DNA of 64,000 nt from Acanthaster planci (taxonomy: Eukaryota), in contig NW_019091355.1 of assembly GCF_001949145.1 (NCBI RefSeq), positions 5,219,518-5,283,517 on the forward strand, read 5' to 3'. The first letter of the stretch is position 1; every line of letters starts with the position of its first letter. Shown piece by piece: positions 1 through 12,593 of this stretch. The notes beneath the pieces are model-generated. The model made no database searches. It had not been told where the DNA came from and worked only from the letters and a program-made list of their open reading frames with translations. The translations under genes and the position numbers were made by a program.

Positions 1-234
1 CCAGACCGAGCCTCAAAATCCAGGGTGGAGAAAGAAAACCACTTTTCCATGAAGTATTATTGTGTCCTCGTGATGCAAATGCATCCATGTACATGTACAT
101 ACGTGTAAATGTACATACAACACGTACCCTCAGGATTTGCTTTGGAGGGGCACGATCAGATTTAATGAATGATTTATATTCATGGAGAATATCAACTCTG
201 GACGGACAAATTAGGCAGATGTGAAACATCTCAC

Positions 235-3200
235 CGAGCCCGGAAGCGAGTGACCCTGGCACTGACAATGTGACAGATTCCAGCAGGTAACGCTGATAAT
301 GAGGAGAGAAGCATGGGATCTGTATGCAGAAAGAACACTCATTCCAACATGTCTACATGTGCGGTGCCTACAGCCCTACATGCACTGTATTACAAATGTA
401 CATGCCGTTTGGGATACAGCACAATAATGCATACTATGTGTGGAAATTTACATTTGGTAACATAACATCCGTGTACCAGTACACCACCAAACAGTCTATG
501 TCAAGATAGTACTTGCAGAGGGGAGGTTGGATTTTGATGAATTCTACAAACGGAGACTTTAAAATTAATTACATGCATTACCTTTTGGTACATGTGCAGG
601 TGTAGTACATGTACTGTACATGTAGCAGTTCATGTACATGCACGGTACCAATGTTTAAATGGTCTGCAATTCATTCTAAAAACTTACATTTTTGGTGCCC
701 ACACACTCAAAATTAAGGGGGAAATGCATGATGAGGAAAAATTTACATCAGACCAAATAAATGTACGTACCTGTACATGTATGTAGTTAATAAAGGTAGA
801 CACGTACATGTACAGTAACACCACATAAAGGATTTAAAATACCGGGGGGGTATTTCAATAACAGTATTGTCTAAGGCGGTCTTGATTTTTTTTTTTGAGG
901 GTCTGGGAAACACAGTCATGCACAAAAGGCAGCAAACAGACTGTCATGTTGTTCCTTGTGCCACCCACATGTACCCTGCATTATTATAGTCAAATAACTG
1001 ATGCTGTGTGTCCAGCACAGCATGTTCATGTCCACCAAGTATGCACACTATTCCATGGGTCAGCCATAAGCCTACTCGATGGGACATACACATGTACCAG
1101 TAGACAGTGAGAGTTTATTGTACTATACACAGGCATTTATAATACACTGTACATGCTAAAGGAGCCAGGGCGGCTACAGAAAAGAATTTTTGGAGTGCTG
1201 ACTGAATTCATGACAAACTCAATGTCTTTATCAAGGCTACGTGTAAATTACAAGTACGTGTGTGTGCATGTACAGTACATGTACGCACTTGTACATGTAA
1301 CACAAATGTACTTGTCATACCTCTGTCTTGGATACTGTTTGTTCATTGGCCCAGAACGATCACATGACAGGGCAACATATCTGCATATCACACTCACCGT
1401 GAGACATCTCATTCTGCCAATGGCATGTGCATGCGCATGAGACAGAAGAGCTTCGGGAAGTTCGAAAGCGACCTTTGCCACTCATTTAGTCAGATTTGCA
1501 TGGTACCCATGGTACCTACGTATTGTGCATGGGTTACCAGGGAATTTGATCAATGGTCGCACTCATGTAACAGACTCGTTCCCGCCCCCACAGTGTATAA
1601 GGTAATACAGGGACTGCCACCCAGACTACATTACATATGAACTTGTACTCACTGGTACCTGCAGTCCTGCACTACTTTCAAATTAAAGTTTACTCAATCA
1701 AAGAAAGTCAGGGAAAACTGCGTTCGCAAACAATATCATTTACGCCTGTTATATTATATGTATGTTGAATACACAGTTTGACAGTAGGACTATTGTCTTA
1801 TGAACTTCTGAAATTCAGAGCTTGTTTCTTCGGATAAATTCCTTAGCCTCAACATAATTAAGACAGAGGTAGTAAGTAAGACAAAAACAATTGTAGGCAT
1901 CTATGGAACAAAAATCAATACACTGTAGGTCAGTAACTCTAACTTTTAGACATGTTGGCTGGTACCTTCTTAAGCCCTTTACGGTCTTCCAGCTGACATT
2001 AAACTACCAGTAGACTGAACATACGTGTATAGTATCTGTTAACTTTCACGGCTTGTCAAGTCTGTGATGAGGTAATAGTGGGGAGCTGTGAAACCACATT
2101 ATACATGCATATAATTTGATGAGTCTTCCTTTTAAGGGGTCCCATGGGAAAAAACACACCCACACAATGGCACACTTCGAAGGGGTTCTTCAACAGTAAA
2201 CAACAAAGCCAAGGTACATGTATTAGGTTTTACATTATGAGATCATAAAAATAGTTGCTCCTTGTAAAAAAAAGCCACACATTTTTGTTTAATCTGTGAG
2301 CCATGCAGTAGTGGTTATAAGCTCCTCATTTTGAGAAAAGGAAAAGGGACAAAACTATCTAAATTTTATAATCTTTTCTGGTTTCTAAAATGTGTGGCAT
2401 TTAACACATATTTTATGCTGAATGGCCTTAGAATCAATTATTCTCAATTTTCAAATATGCTACAGCAAGTTCAGTAATAACATTTTCTTGTCAAACTGTC
2501 GGCAATATTGAGTATTACAACGCAACTTTTCATGTCCCAGTTTGTTACATGTGAGACTACAATATGAAATATGATAAGGCCAAGAAAAAAAAAAATCTAT
2601 TTCCGATTACATGCCTCTCAACAGTAGAGTCAGTAGGTCGGAAAAAAAATTGAGGGGTCAATGTTTTGTCCTGATTGAATGGCGTGAATGGGGACAAGGG
2701 CTTCCAATACTGCCGTAACAAATTTCTTTAATCTATATGTCAAAATTTTGTCAGTCGACAATTCATAAGAATTATGCACAATTCACATCCCTGTGCACAA
2801 CACCAGTAAGGTAATCACGACAGCAAACTGGCCAACAATGTCCGTGTATAACGTGGTAAGCATGCGTGATGCATCCAGACAGGCAGGCTATAAACCTCAT
2901 GCCACAACAGGAAATTTCATGGAAGCAGGCTCGCTTCAAGTAATGTACAAGCAAAACAACCTCAAATTAAACTCATGAACACAGAAAATACATACATGTA
3001 CATAGACAAGAGACCAAGTTCTGAGAATTAACTTGCAGAAGTCTTCTTGCGACATTGATTTTTTTCGACCTGCAGCTGTAGGGTTGCATGCGTGTACTGC
3101 TGATGTAGTGTAATCCAAGGCTACTTTGACCACGATGTACAGTATAGAGATTGCACATTTTCATCACGAATTCTTTTGCATCGCCACAGCGCAGCACAGC

Positions 3201-6200
3201 GGGAACCAAAGCAACCTTGCTGTACGGCATTTAGCTTTGCGCACCTGTTTTCACCACTGCGACAGCAAAATGCAAAGGGAACTTGTGAAAATAACAGCAA
3301 TTTCTTTTCAAAAGGTGCAAATTTATGTAGGAAAACATATAAAAACAAGCATTTTAATGTGAAAGAAGGGTTGTTCAGAGATACATGTTTACCTGGCCAA
3401 TAAAAATTTTAGGGTTATGTTGAAAAATTAGGGTCAGTTGGGAAACCGAAAGCACAAGTATTTTTTTTTTGGGGGGGCCTGATTCTGTCATTTGCAATAA
3501 ACAAAAACATCTCCCCATTTACCCAAATGCCTAATATTTGAAGAAATCATAACTGGCTAATTCAGCATGAAACCGCAGAAAGTTGTGTTCCATGCAATGG
3601 TGTATGAGCACTGACGTCCCGTCCAGACTTGGTCCCACAAGTGTTTCACCTTGGCAAAATCCAACATAAACCAGAGGCATGTACACTACACTTTTCTTTC
3701 TGTCAACTTCTTCCCTTATGGAATGCAAATAAGACTACACAGGACAGGAAAAATAAAACAGTTTTAAATCTTGGCCTATGTCCCAAAAGACCCATCAATA
3801 CAGGTACATGTACATGTACCTTCCTCAGTCCCTCATAATCCTCCAAGACCTTCCAGGATTTGGAAGAAGATAGCTGGGTTACATACCTAGGGTGTGGGAG
3901 GCACAACTGACTTCTGCTAAGCAAGACTTTTGAGAAGCAGATTTACGTCCTTTGTGGTTGCATGGAATTTCCAGCAGAGGCTTTTATCTTGCACGTTTAA
4001 ATTTACGGAAACAAGAAATGTTTACGGTCAGCTTCAGTTTACAGGCCACAAGTGTTCAGTTGAGTCCCAAGTGGTAAGTTTCTATTCTGCAGTTGCCCTG
4101 GTTAGGTTCCAACAGTCAGTAACTAAGTAGGGACGTACTGTACATAGATGTATCTTTACTTCCCCGATGGTACAATAAACTTGGACAAAGAAAAGAACAG
4201 TCCCTGATTCTACTGAATAAGGAATAAGTTTGTCTGTCTCCATCTCAAAGGGAGAAGCCGGGATAAGATCTGTTGTCGCAAGCCTGATCTTTATGAAATT
4301 TCAAATGCACGTTAAGGCATGGGTAATTCATTAAATATGAGCACATCAGTGGAAGAGTTAGTATTTTAGGCTGATCATGGAGGAAGGACACAGGAGTTAC
4401 AACTCGGGCACATCAAAGTGCTCAATGATCATCACCAACCTGTCATACGAACAATAGTGAACATTCCAAAAATGCCTGATTGCTGCCTCTAGCTAACAGC
4501 GGGACAAGTGGGGCCAGCAATATCGTAGCAATATTTGTGGTGTTTTCTTTGCAATTACCGGTAACTACAACTTATTGCAGTGACCAGGAAATAGAAAGAA
4601 AAACATCAAGCATTAGATTTGCTTTTGCTATCGTGATCTTATTTTTTTTTTAAGATTTTGATGCACTTTTCCATTATCCGTGCAATGTTTGTAATTTTAT
4701 TTTGTCACTCCAAAACCTCAGTTTGCAAAGTCTTAGTACGAATTTGGCTAAGACTGACCAACAACATGTTGACCACCACAGGACAGTTCAAGAAAAAAAA
4801 TGCACTGTTTCATCACAAGGAGTGATCATGAGATCTCATGAAATGCCTTTTTGTGTAAATTCCGTAAAAATGATTCAAATAAAACACAAAATCGTATAAA
4901 CAACTTGGCTATTTATTCCCAAAATGAGTCCAGAAGAAAGCATTCAATAAGGACAATGACTGCACGTGAACACTTCCGGTACACAGCTTCATAAAAGCAA
5001 CTGCGCAAGCATTAAAGTTGATATTGTTTTCAGATCATATCAAGCACCAACGACGGCATGAATATTCAACTTCATATACTGCAATACACAACTTTTTAAG
5101 GATGCAGTTTACCAGCGAAAAATTGTGGCGATGATCACAGAGTACCAAGGGGGCTCATGGTTGTAAAACAGGTGTTGCGTAGCAAGCATTCGCTGCACTC
5201 TGGCTATGGACATACCGGGCATGCCAGAAAGCGGTAATTGGCCAGATGTTATAGCCCGGGCAGTTCAAATTCCTTCTGTGTCCTTCCTCCATGGGCTGAT
5301 CTATCTAGCAAAAATGGGCATCTTGTGATAACAGCAATGTACACGTATAATTTTGATAAAACTGATGCAAAAAAATCTGCAAGGCTCAACAACAGAAAGA
5401 GATGCACTGAGAAAGTATCAAAGGAAATGTGGGGACTGAATCTGCAGTTTTAGTTTTAAAAACACTACATTGTTGGATGTGGACAGCCCTTTCAAATGAC
5501 AATTTAAAACAATGGCGGACTCTCTTTCTTTGCCTTCATTGTCCTCCAAACAAAAAAATACTCCCCTAAATGTTTCTGTTGTGTCCCACATTTACATCTG
5601 TATTTGCTAACCCTTTCTGATAGCTTTCCCTATCCAAGTGAGAGATGAGATTCTAAGGAGTTGAATATACTGACGAAGGAAGAAATATGAAGTCCTTCAA
5701 CAAAAATTATTAATTTATTATTTATCATTTTAATTATTATTTTATGGGTTGGATATTTGATATTTTTCCATTCTAGGTTACAGGAATACACGTACATGTA
5801 CATGTATCTGCTATGTATGGACGCCAGTAATTATCCACTACAGTGACCTATTAACCTTCAGAAAGCAAACAAATGTCCGGAAAAGTTCACAAAAACCAAG
5901 TCGTTCACTTAGAAAACACTTAAAATTATTAAGACCAGTCCATAACCAGGTTAGTGCTCAGGGCGTCAAGTGGCATCCGTGTATGGAACTCTTTCCCAGT
6001 GTGACTTCCTGGATTCAAAGCTGATGTCTTGCCGAGGAAAGCAAGTTGACATTAGTAGTAATGTAATGACTACTCATGCCAATATGACTGTGATGACTTT
6101 CAGAGGGTCTATGGTGAGAGTAACATGGGGTTCATTACCATTAGCACCCTGTTCCTACAGTAAGGAAACTAAGTCCACTGTCTCAAACTAACATTTTGAC

Positions 6201-7125
6201 CTTAAGGAACCATTACTCAATCCTGATAGGCCTAGTTTAGGTAAATTATGACAATATTTAAGCAAGAAAACTTCAAATTTCTAACCCGAGTTTGGCAAAA
6301 GACAACCACTCAGTCGAATCACACCATTTTGTTTTTCGTCTGGTTACCTGACTCAGGCATTTGGGATTCATCAAAACAAATCTCCATCCAAGTCAAGGAA
6401 CCAGACTACATTTGCTTATTTGTCGATCACAGCTCTCTTCGGAGAGGTCATGTACACTGCCGTTTTTACCCAAAAATTTCCCTCAAAAACCAAAATCACT
6501 GTTCTCTTTTCTCTCTAATATGAAAGAAGACATCACCAACAACTTGTTTAGATAAGTTGTTTTGAAAAAGTAGAATTTGTTTGCTTATAATAGGAACAGG
6601 GTGCTAAAGGTAATGAACCCCAGTAACATGAGTAGGCGTATGAGCACTTTTTGCAGTCAAACTAGGCTAGGTAGGCCTAGGCCAACTGATGTTGAAACTA
6701 ATTTCCTTTCCATTTTAAAAGTAGCATAGGTAAAGAGCTGTAATTGAAAGGACCGATCGACCAGCACAGTAGTAACATCTACGCACAATCTGGTATTTCA
6801 CTCCTCAAGCTAGGGCCTGCCTACGTTGACACTGGTAAAACGTGTAGAAATTCTACAACTAAATGTACATGCTCCATCGTGTACAATTCCAATGACACTC
6901 CCCCAAACACGCCAAATCCATTTCGACATGTTCGAAACCACGAAAACAAAATTAACCCATTTATCAACTCACGCTTTCTTTACTGTGAATACATACCGTG
7001 CTAGTTGTTGAATTTTCTTCCTCAAACAGATACAAATTAATGAAACAGTTTAAATAGTTATTCAGCAAGATTGAAGACGAATTCACAACACCCCACCGTT
7101 CGTCCGGATGGCGGCCATGTTCTTA
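235..7125 (-). other. Candidate 5' exons of an unidentified minus-strand gene continuing left of the window
   Basis: Minus-strand splice signals: exon ~7125-6997 (donor GTATGT); exon 6514-6348 (acceptor CTTTCATATTAG, donor CAG|GTAACC); donor ACG|GTGAG at ~1398; exon 319-235 (acceptor TTTCTGCATACAG, donor G|GTGAG). No protein homology recognised. Confidence 0.4.
2577..3480. mobile_element. Degenerate non-autonomous TIR element
   Basis: Left end AGGCCAAG(A)n TCTATTTCCGATTAC and right end GAAACCGAAAG..(T)n(G)nCCT form an imperfect inverted pair; both subtermini carry GTCAGT(A/T)GG motifs. Confidence 0.45.
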
Positions 7126-7185
7126 AGTGGTGCATTAGTGCGCATGCGCACGAATGACAAGACTGAGGGGAACTACCCAAGCTGA
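7100..7185. promoter_or_regulatory. Housekeeping-type promoter (NRF1 + YY1 motifs)
   Basis: Perfect palindrome GTGCGCATGCGCAC at 7138-7151; GATGGCGGCCATGTT at 7107-7121 is YY1-like on both strands; local CpG enrichment. Confidence 0.6.
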
Positions 7186-9331
7186 AAACGCGTTTATGAC
7201 GGCAGCGATAAATTGAAAATGATAAACTCGCTGGGTAACTTTTAAATGTAACTCATTAATTCCTTGTCATTTCTATAACTGAGTTTTAATGGCCACGTCA
7301 TGCCTCTTTTTTTCTTAGATGACTTGTCAGCTTTCAAGATTATGATGCCATCATACCCAAATAATGTTTAACGAGATGATAAGGAGATAAAAAGTGCAAC
7401 CCCACATAATTCTCACTTTTAACAAAAACAACAACAAAACGAACCACTTTAGAGAGGCGCCCTTTACCTGTGCGGCAATACCGCAAACATATAAATGTTT
7501 TATGTCTGAGGGAAAAACTGTTCCCGGTCCCCCTTCCGTCTTTCCATACATAAGTGTAAAGTTCTTCAGGGAATATTTTCCAAGTCAGTACTAATATTTC
7601 CCTCAAATCATAGCTATCAACAGTGGATATTTTATTAACTTTTAATAATGCAAGGCAGACATTTGAGTTATATCTTCATACTTTTTTATTGCAGTTGACT
7701 CGGCTGTCAATTAAAAATTTTGCAGCTTTTATGTGTTAGACAAGTGCTTATTTTCTTCAAGCTAATTTTATTAACTACAAGGAGACAAAGGATTGTCTAC
7801 ACTGGCGCATATTTACAACTGTCATATAACTGACAACAAACCATTTCGCGATTGCTGACTGGTTCCCTAGCAAAGCCCAAGAAGAAATTTAAAAAAAAAA
7901 TTAAGTTACTGCCAGATTGCCTTAACGTTATACTGCGAGCAAAAGCACGCCCTGGTCGTATAGAGGGCGCACTAGGCCTGACCCGTTGTGAGCTTGTTGC
8001 AACATGTGTGTCTTAATTGTTGGAACCATAACGGTGGTTTATGGTGCAAGTGGACATTTAGGCTATGTGAATAGAAGTTGTTGATTTGCGTCTTAAAAAT
8101 TTCAAAAACATATGAGACGTTTTTCATTATTCATTTTTATTCAACCTCCAAGTACAGACACTTTTCAAGCATGTGACGGAGAGCGCCCCCACACCCAAAC
8201 CCTTGTGTTGGTTGATCATTACACCCCTCTGTCCAATATCTTGCTGTGTATACAAAACTACAACCAAAAGCCTTGCTGAGGGATGAGCAACATGTAGGCC
8301 CTTCATCAGTTCATGGATCAGGTGAAATAGCGAGTATCGCAACAAAACAGACCGGCAGGAGAAGGAAAATAATACACGTGCAAGTTGGTCCGACGCACGT
8401 GAGGCGGCCATAGCTCAAGCAGACATCTGGACATACGAAACTATGTAACGAAAGCCATTTAAATGGATGAAATGCATCGATTCGGTACTTTGTACAACTG
8501 CTGGGAGATTGGGAACCCTGATTTTTGTGATTTTGTGTCTTTTTCCTACTTATAATGACATTTTGTAAATAGTGATTTTAGGGGTAGTTGCGTTCGGGAC
8601 ATGTGAGCGGTGGACTTCTATCTCTTATGGCCTTAGCAACATAGCAGCACCACGGACGTATACGTTCATGAGCTGCTTGCTGTACTGCTCCCATAATAAA
8701 CAGCCATTTTGGTTCCAAAGTCTGGAGATGACACTAATCTTTCTACATATAGCTCTGGACCCGTTGTGTTTTGCGTCTTATTCTCTTGACTAGTAAAAAT
8801 GAACCGGAGTCCTCTTGAAAGTCTATTATGAAGCTCGAGAGAGTGGTTGAACCAATCGATTCACGGCGTTGAACTTATGGTTTGACAATAATGAGGCTTA
8901 AAGGCGGGGGCAGCATCAAAAGGGAGCCAGGGGCGTCCGGGAATAAAGGAAAACTGAGAATAAAAGAAAAAATGAGAGGAAAAGAAATGGCAAAAAAAGA
9001 CGAAACGGGATGAAAATCCCATTTACGAACAAAATATCTTGGCATTATAATTTATGGTGTTATAAAGACGACAAAATTGCGTTTCGTTGTACCGTCGAAC
9101 GCAACGCCACAACGGCTCCGTCGCGTCCTGCCGTTGCGCCATGCCGTCACCTCTTCACTGTAAAACGGCGCTTAGAGTTAAACACATTCCTAAACGTCCG
9201 CCTCGTTTCCTGGACAGTATCCTTTTCAATTATCCTTTTTCTTTCAACATTAGTGTGGTTTAGATTGCTTAGGGCTTTGGGCATGGCCATAGAAAGGGCT
9301 AATGTAAGTGCGTCCCCAATCTAGTCTGATA

Positions 9332-9820
9332 AGGGCAATTTTATGGCAGCACAAAGGCACGACGTGACGGTGGCATCGTATGGTGTTCTATAGCCGCCAA
9401 AATTGCGTCGTGTCGTCCCGTTGCCCCGACACCACGACACAACGCTAAGACAGCTCCGTCGCGTCGTCCCGTCGCGTCGTCCCGTCGCCTCTTTCCCCAT
9501 TACCTTTGCACTGTGTTCAATACATCGTGTTTTGCCGTCGTGTCGTGTTGTTTCTTGATGATGTTGCGTCGTTTCATCCCGTCTTGCCGTCCCATCGTGC
9601 CGTCGTAGCATCGCACCGTGCCGTCGTAGCGTCGCCTGTAATTGTATGGTTTTTATGCAGTGTGGATTAGGCCGTCCCGTCGCGTCGGGGCGACGGGACG
9701 ACGCGACGCACATTTGGCGGCTATAGAATAACATAGCATCGTGATGTCTTGTCGTGGCGTCGGGGCGATGGAGCGACCATAGAGCAAGGACACAGAGCGA
9801 CGCACACCATAAAATGACCT
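9332..9820. mobile_element. CGTCG-rich palindromic MITE-like element
   Basis: Outer inverted repeat AGGGCAATTTTATGG / CCATAAAATGACCT. Inner ~52 bp inverted repeat 9379-9430 vs 9684-9735 (TTCTATAGCCGCCAAA / TTTGGCGGCTATAGAA). Interior built of CGTCG/CGACG units. Partial related copy at ~9051-9160. Confidence 0.75.
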
Positions 9821-11069
9821 CCTTCCACCGTAGATTGTTTGCTGCTTCAAGCTTCAACCCCCCCCCCAATCTAGCTCTCCACTTTCTTACAGCACCTGCG
9901 CTTAAGGGTGTAAACTCCTTAAGGTTGCACTGCTCAACATAGTTACCAGCCCATAAAAATGTGTAAAATCGGTGCTGGGCCGCATGCTGAGTACGCAAAA
10001 CCCTTTATGCTGGAACGTATGGTCTTCGCGTGCACCCGCGCCCGAACGCGCAACTTGATTGGAAAACTTCTTACTACCAGTGTGTCTTTCTTTCACCGTT
10101 GAGGGTGAACTTCAGCTCAGAGCGGACATAGTTCTTTTCAACCTATGAGGGGGTATTTCTCCTGGAGGCGGACGGGTCTGCTCTTTTTACGTCATAGTTG
10201 TGTTTTTCCCTACAAGTAGCTGCTGAAATTATGGCTAGCCGTCAGTTCAAAAGTAACAGAATAATTCACAGTGTTAAAAACCCCAAGCAGCTGAATATTA
10301 AATGAAAATACAACCTCCTTTAAAATTAATGGGACAAACGCACATTTGGAACGAAACCGAGGTAACATCAAAAACAAAAAAAAAGTGATTTTTCTGCAAA
10401 TTTTGGCCGCCCGTACAAATTGTAGGCTAAATGGGAGTAGGAGAATTTTACGCTCGTCCAATTAAAATAAAAAAAAGTTTCAATTAAATTTAATTCAAAA
10501 TACTTTGTTTATCCTGAAAAAGGCAATTACATTATGTTTGGACAGCTCGTTCAAAACACCATAAATGGATTACCAACAAGTAAATTCCAAGTGATTAATT
10601 ATATTAAAAAACCACTCACAAACAGTATATACTCGTTGACTATCGACTTAAATTGTGCTACGATAGGCCTTATGCTCGCTATCTGTCCTCAGTACCGTGT
10701 GATATGTAATACAGGTACATATACATTGAACGTGCACCCCTACGGTGTACAAACAAATAGGGACTAGGCCTACTGGGGACCATAAGAAATGGTACACAAT
10801 ATGGGACACTCCAGGCGTGCGTTGTATCAAAAACCTACCTGTGTATACGAGAGCATAATAACATTAACATTGCTTATGTGAGATCAAATAACCACACGAA
10901 GCTGTAATTTAACCACCCAGTTTTCCGAGCCATGTACACACCTTAGAACTATATAAAAACACAGCTCTACGTACGTACACACGTTATTTACAAGTACATA
11001 GTGATTTTTTATTGGTCGCGAAGTGATCACGTGATATGTTACAAGCGCACATTAGGTACAGTATATGTT

Positions 11070-11152
11070 TGTACATGTACTGTATATGTACTGTACGTGT
11101 ACGGTACATGTACATGTACATGGCCTGGACATGTACATGTACACTGTACATG
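11070..11152. repeat. (TACATG)n-type degenerate microsatellite
   Basis: Dense run of GTACAT/TACATG/GTACTG units; the same hexamer recurs throughout the window (e.g. 88-117, 590-640, 1262-1310). Confidence 0.85.
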
Positions 11153-11177
11153 AACGTGAACCAAACGTTAGAAAAGT

Positions 11178-11268
11178 ATTTGCATATTCAGCAGATTGCG
11201 CATGCGCAGTCCTTGGATCAAAGCCCAAGTGCAGTACGACTATTATAAAACACTGTGATAAAAAATGG
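11178..11268 (+). promoter_or_regulatory. snRNA-type promoter: octamer, NRF1 palindrome, PSE-like element
   Basis: ATTTGCAT octamer at 11178-11185 (about -130); TGCGCATGCGCA at 11197-11208; CACTGTGATAAAAAATG at 11251-11267 (about -58), resembling the TCACCGTGA PSE core at the expected distance. Confidence 0.65.
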
Positions 11269-11308
11269 CAAGCGTAGGATCCTATGTGAAATTGTCATTT
11301 TCTTATTC

Positions 11309-11469
11309 ATACTTACCTGGCTCAGGAAAAACTGTGATCAATCAGGCAGTTTTCCCACGGCGAGGCCCTGTCATTGCACTTGGACGGGTTGACCCGTGCG
11401 ATTCCTTCTAATGTTTGGAACTCGGGAGTACAATTTCTGATAGTGGGGACTGCGTTCGCGCTATCCCCT
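11309..11469 (+). ncRNA. U1: U1 spliceosomal snRNA (divergent variant)
   Basis: Starts ATACTTACCTGG (5' splice-site pairing end). SL1 GGAAAAACTGT/GCAGTTTTCC with loop GATCAATCAG. SL2 CACGG..CCGTG with U1A loop ATTGCAC. Sm site AATTTCTG. SL4 GGGGACTGCGTTCGCGCTATCCCC with a TTCG loop. Length ~161 nt, as expected for U1. Confidence 0.96.
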
Positions 11470-11477
11470 ATAAAGAA

Positions 11478-11490
11478 ATCCAAAGACAGA
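11478..11490 (+). terminator. snRNA 3'-box-like processing signal
   Basis: AAAGACAGA at 11482-11490 matches the AAARNNAGA half of the 3' box, ~12 nt past the U1 3' end. The GTTT half is not conserved (ATCC). Confidence 0.55.
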
Positions 11491-12593
11491 TTGAGCAAAA
11501 GTAGATTGACGGAGAACTTACTTTTGAGTTAACTTTCATCAGAGTATATAGACACTTTTGGATTTTGATATCATCGTAGACGCGAAAAAGCATCTGTACC
11601 ATGATAACTGAATGGAGTTATTCTGCTACTACTTAAAGTCTAGTACAATGTATACATGTACATCTGCATCGCGTTCTGATTTGATTTTTAGTACATGATT
11701 GCTGGAGCGGCTCGTTTGGTGAGTCCGTATCATTTCTCAGAGTTGTAGAGATCTGAGTCCGTCCTAAAGGTATATAAATGCTTCAGTGGTTGTCCCCCAG
11801 CCTCTACAGCTCTTAAAAACCACCAAAGTACATAACAGTCCGGTGGGGGGCCCTTTTCCCAAGCTATCCCGATGGGGGGGGGGCCTCGCCACGCGCCAGC
11901 CAAGCCGCACCACCACCACAACCCCCCCCCCAAAACAAAATAACACTTCAAAGGCAGCCGAAAGAGGCCTCTGACAAGTTCCAGACAGCTGTCACTGATA
12001 AGAAACATTTTTGTAAATAATCCATTAGATTGTACACAAGGGACCACTTAGCACACAGTCCTATGGGAGTAGGCTGGAGGCTGGCTGGATTTTTAAATTT
12101 TTTTTCTGGCTAAGGGATGCCCTGGCTATAAAGTGACTAAACTAGGTTTTTCAGCATGAACAGGGGTAGGATATGATAAATAGTTGTTGCATTTGGACAA
12201 TTCCCCCCCCCCTTTTTTAAGAGAGTAGAGTCCTTTCGTTGTCATTCAAGAAGGCAATATAAAACGTTAATTCTGCTGGTCACATTCTCAAACTTCTGCA
12301 AAATAATGTCCTTCTGATGACAAATGATTATCGTTATAAACCAGCACTCAGAGAAGTTCATTTGTTTGATGGTACTATATTTTAAGCATGGTGAGTCTTG
12401 TGTTGTTTTTGTGGTTTGGTTTTATTGAGTTTTGATTTTGATAATCGCAGAAAAGCGCGTGCCTCCGTGAAACTGTCATACTGCCCTCTTGCAGCTTGGT
12501 GGGAAAGATTGTCTGGTACCTTCATCTGTATATATGTTTTTGAGTAAATACAATGGTAAACAATAATGTCCCGACTATTTCGGAGATGGCAAG

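Noticed and set aside
9321..9998. 225 aa Arg/Thr-rich minus-strand ORF
   Set aside because: By-product of CGACG repeats in a foldback element; no domain recognisable.
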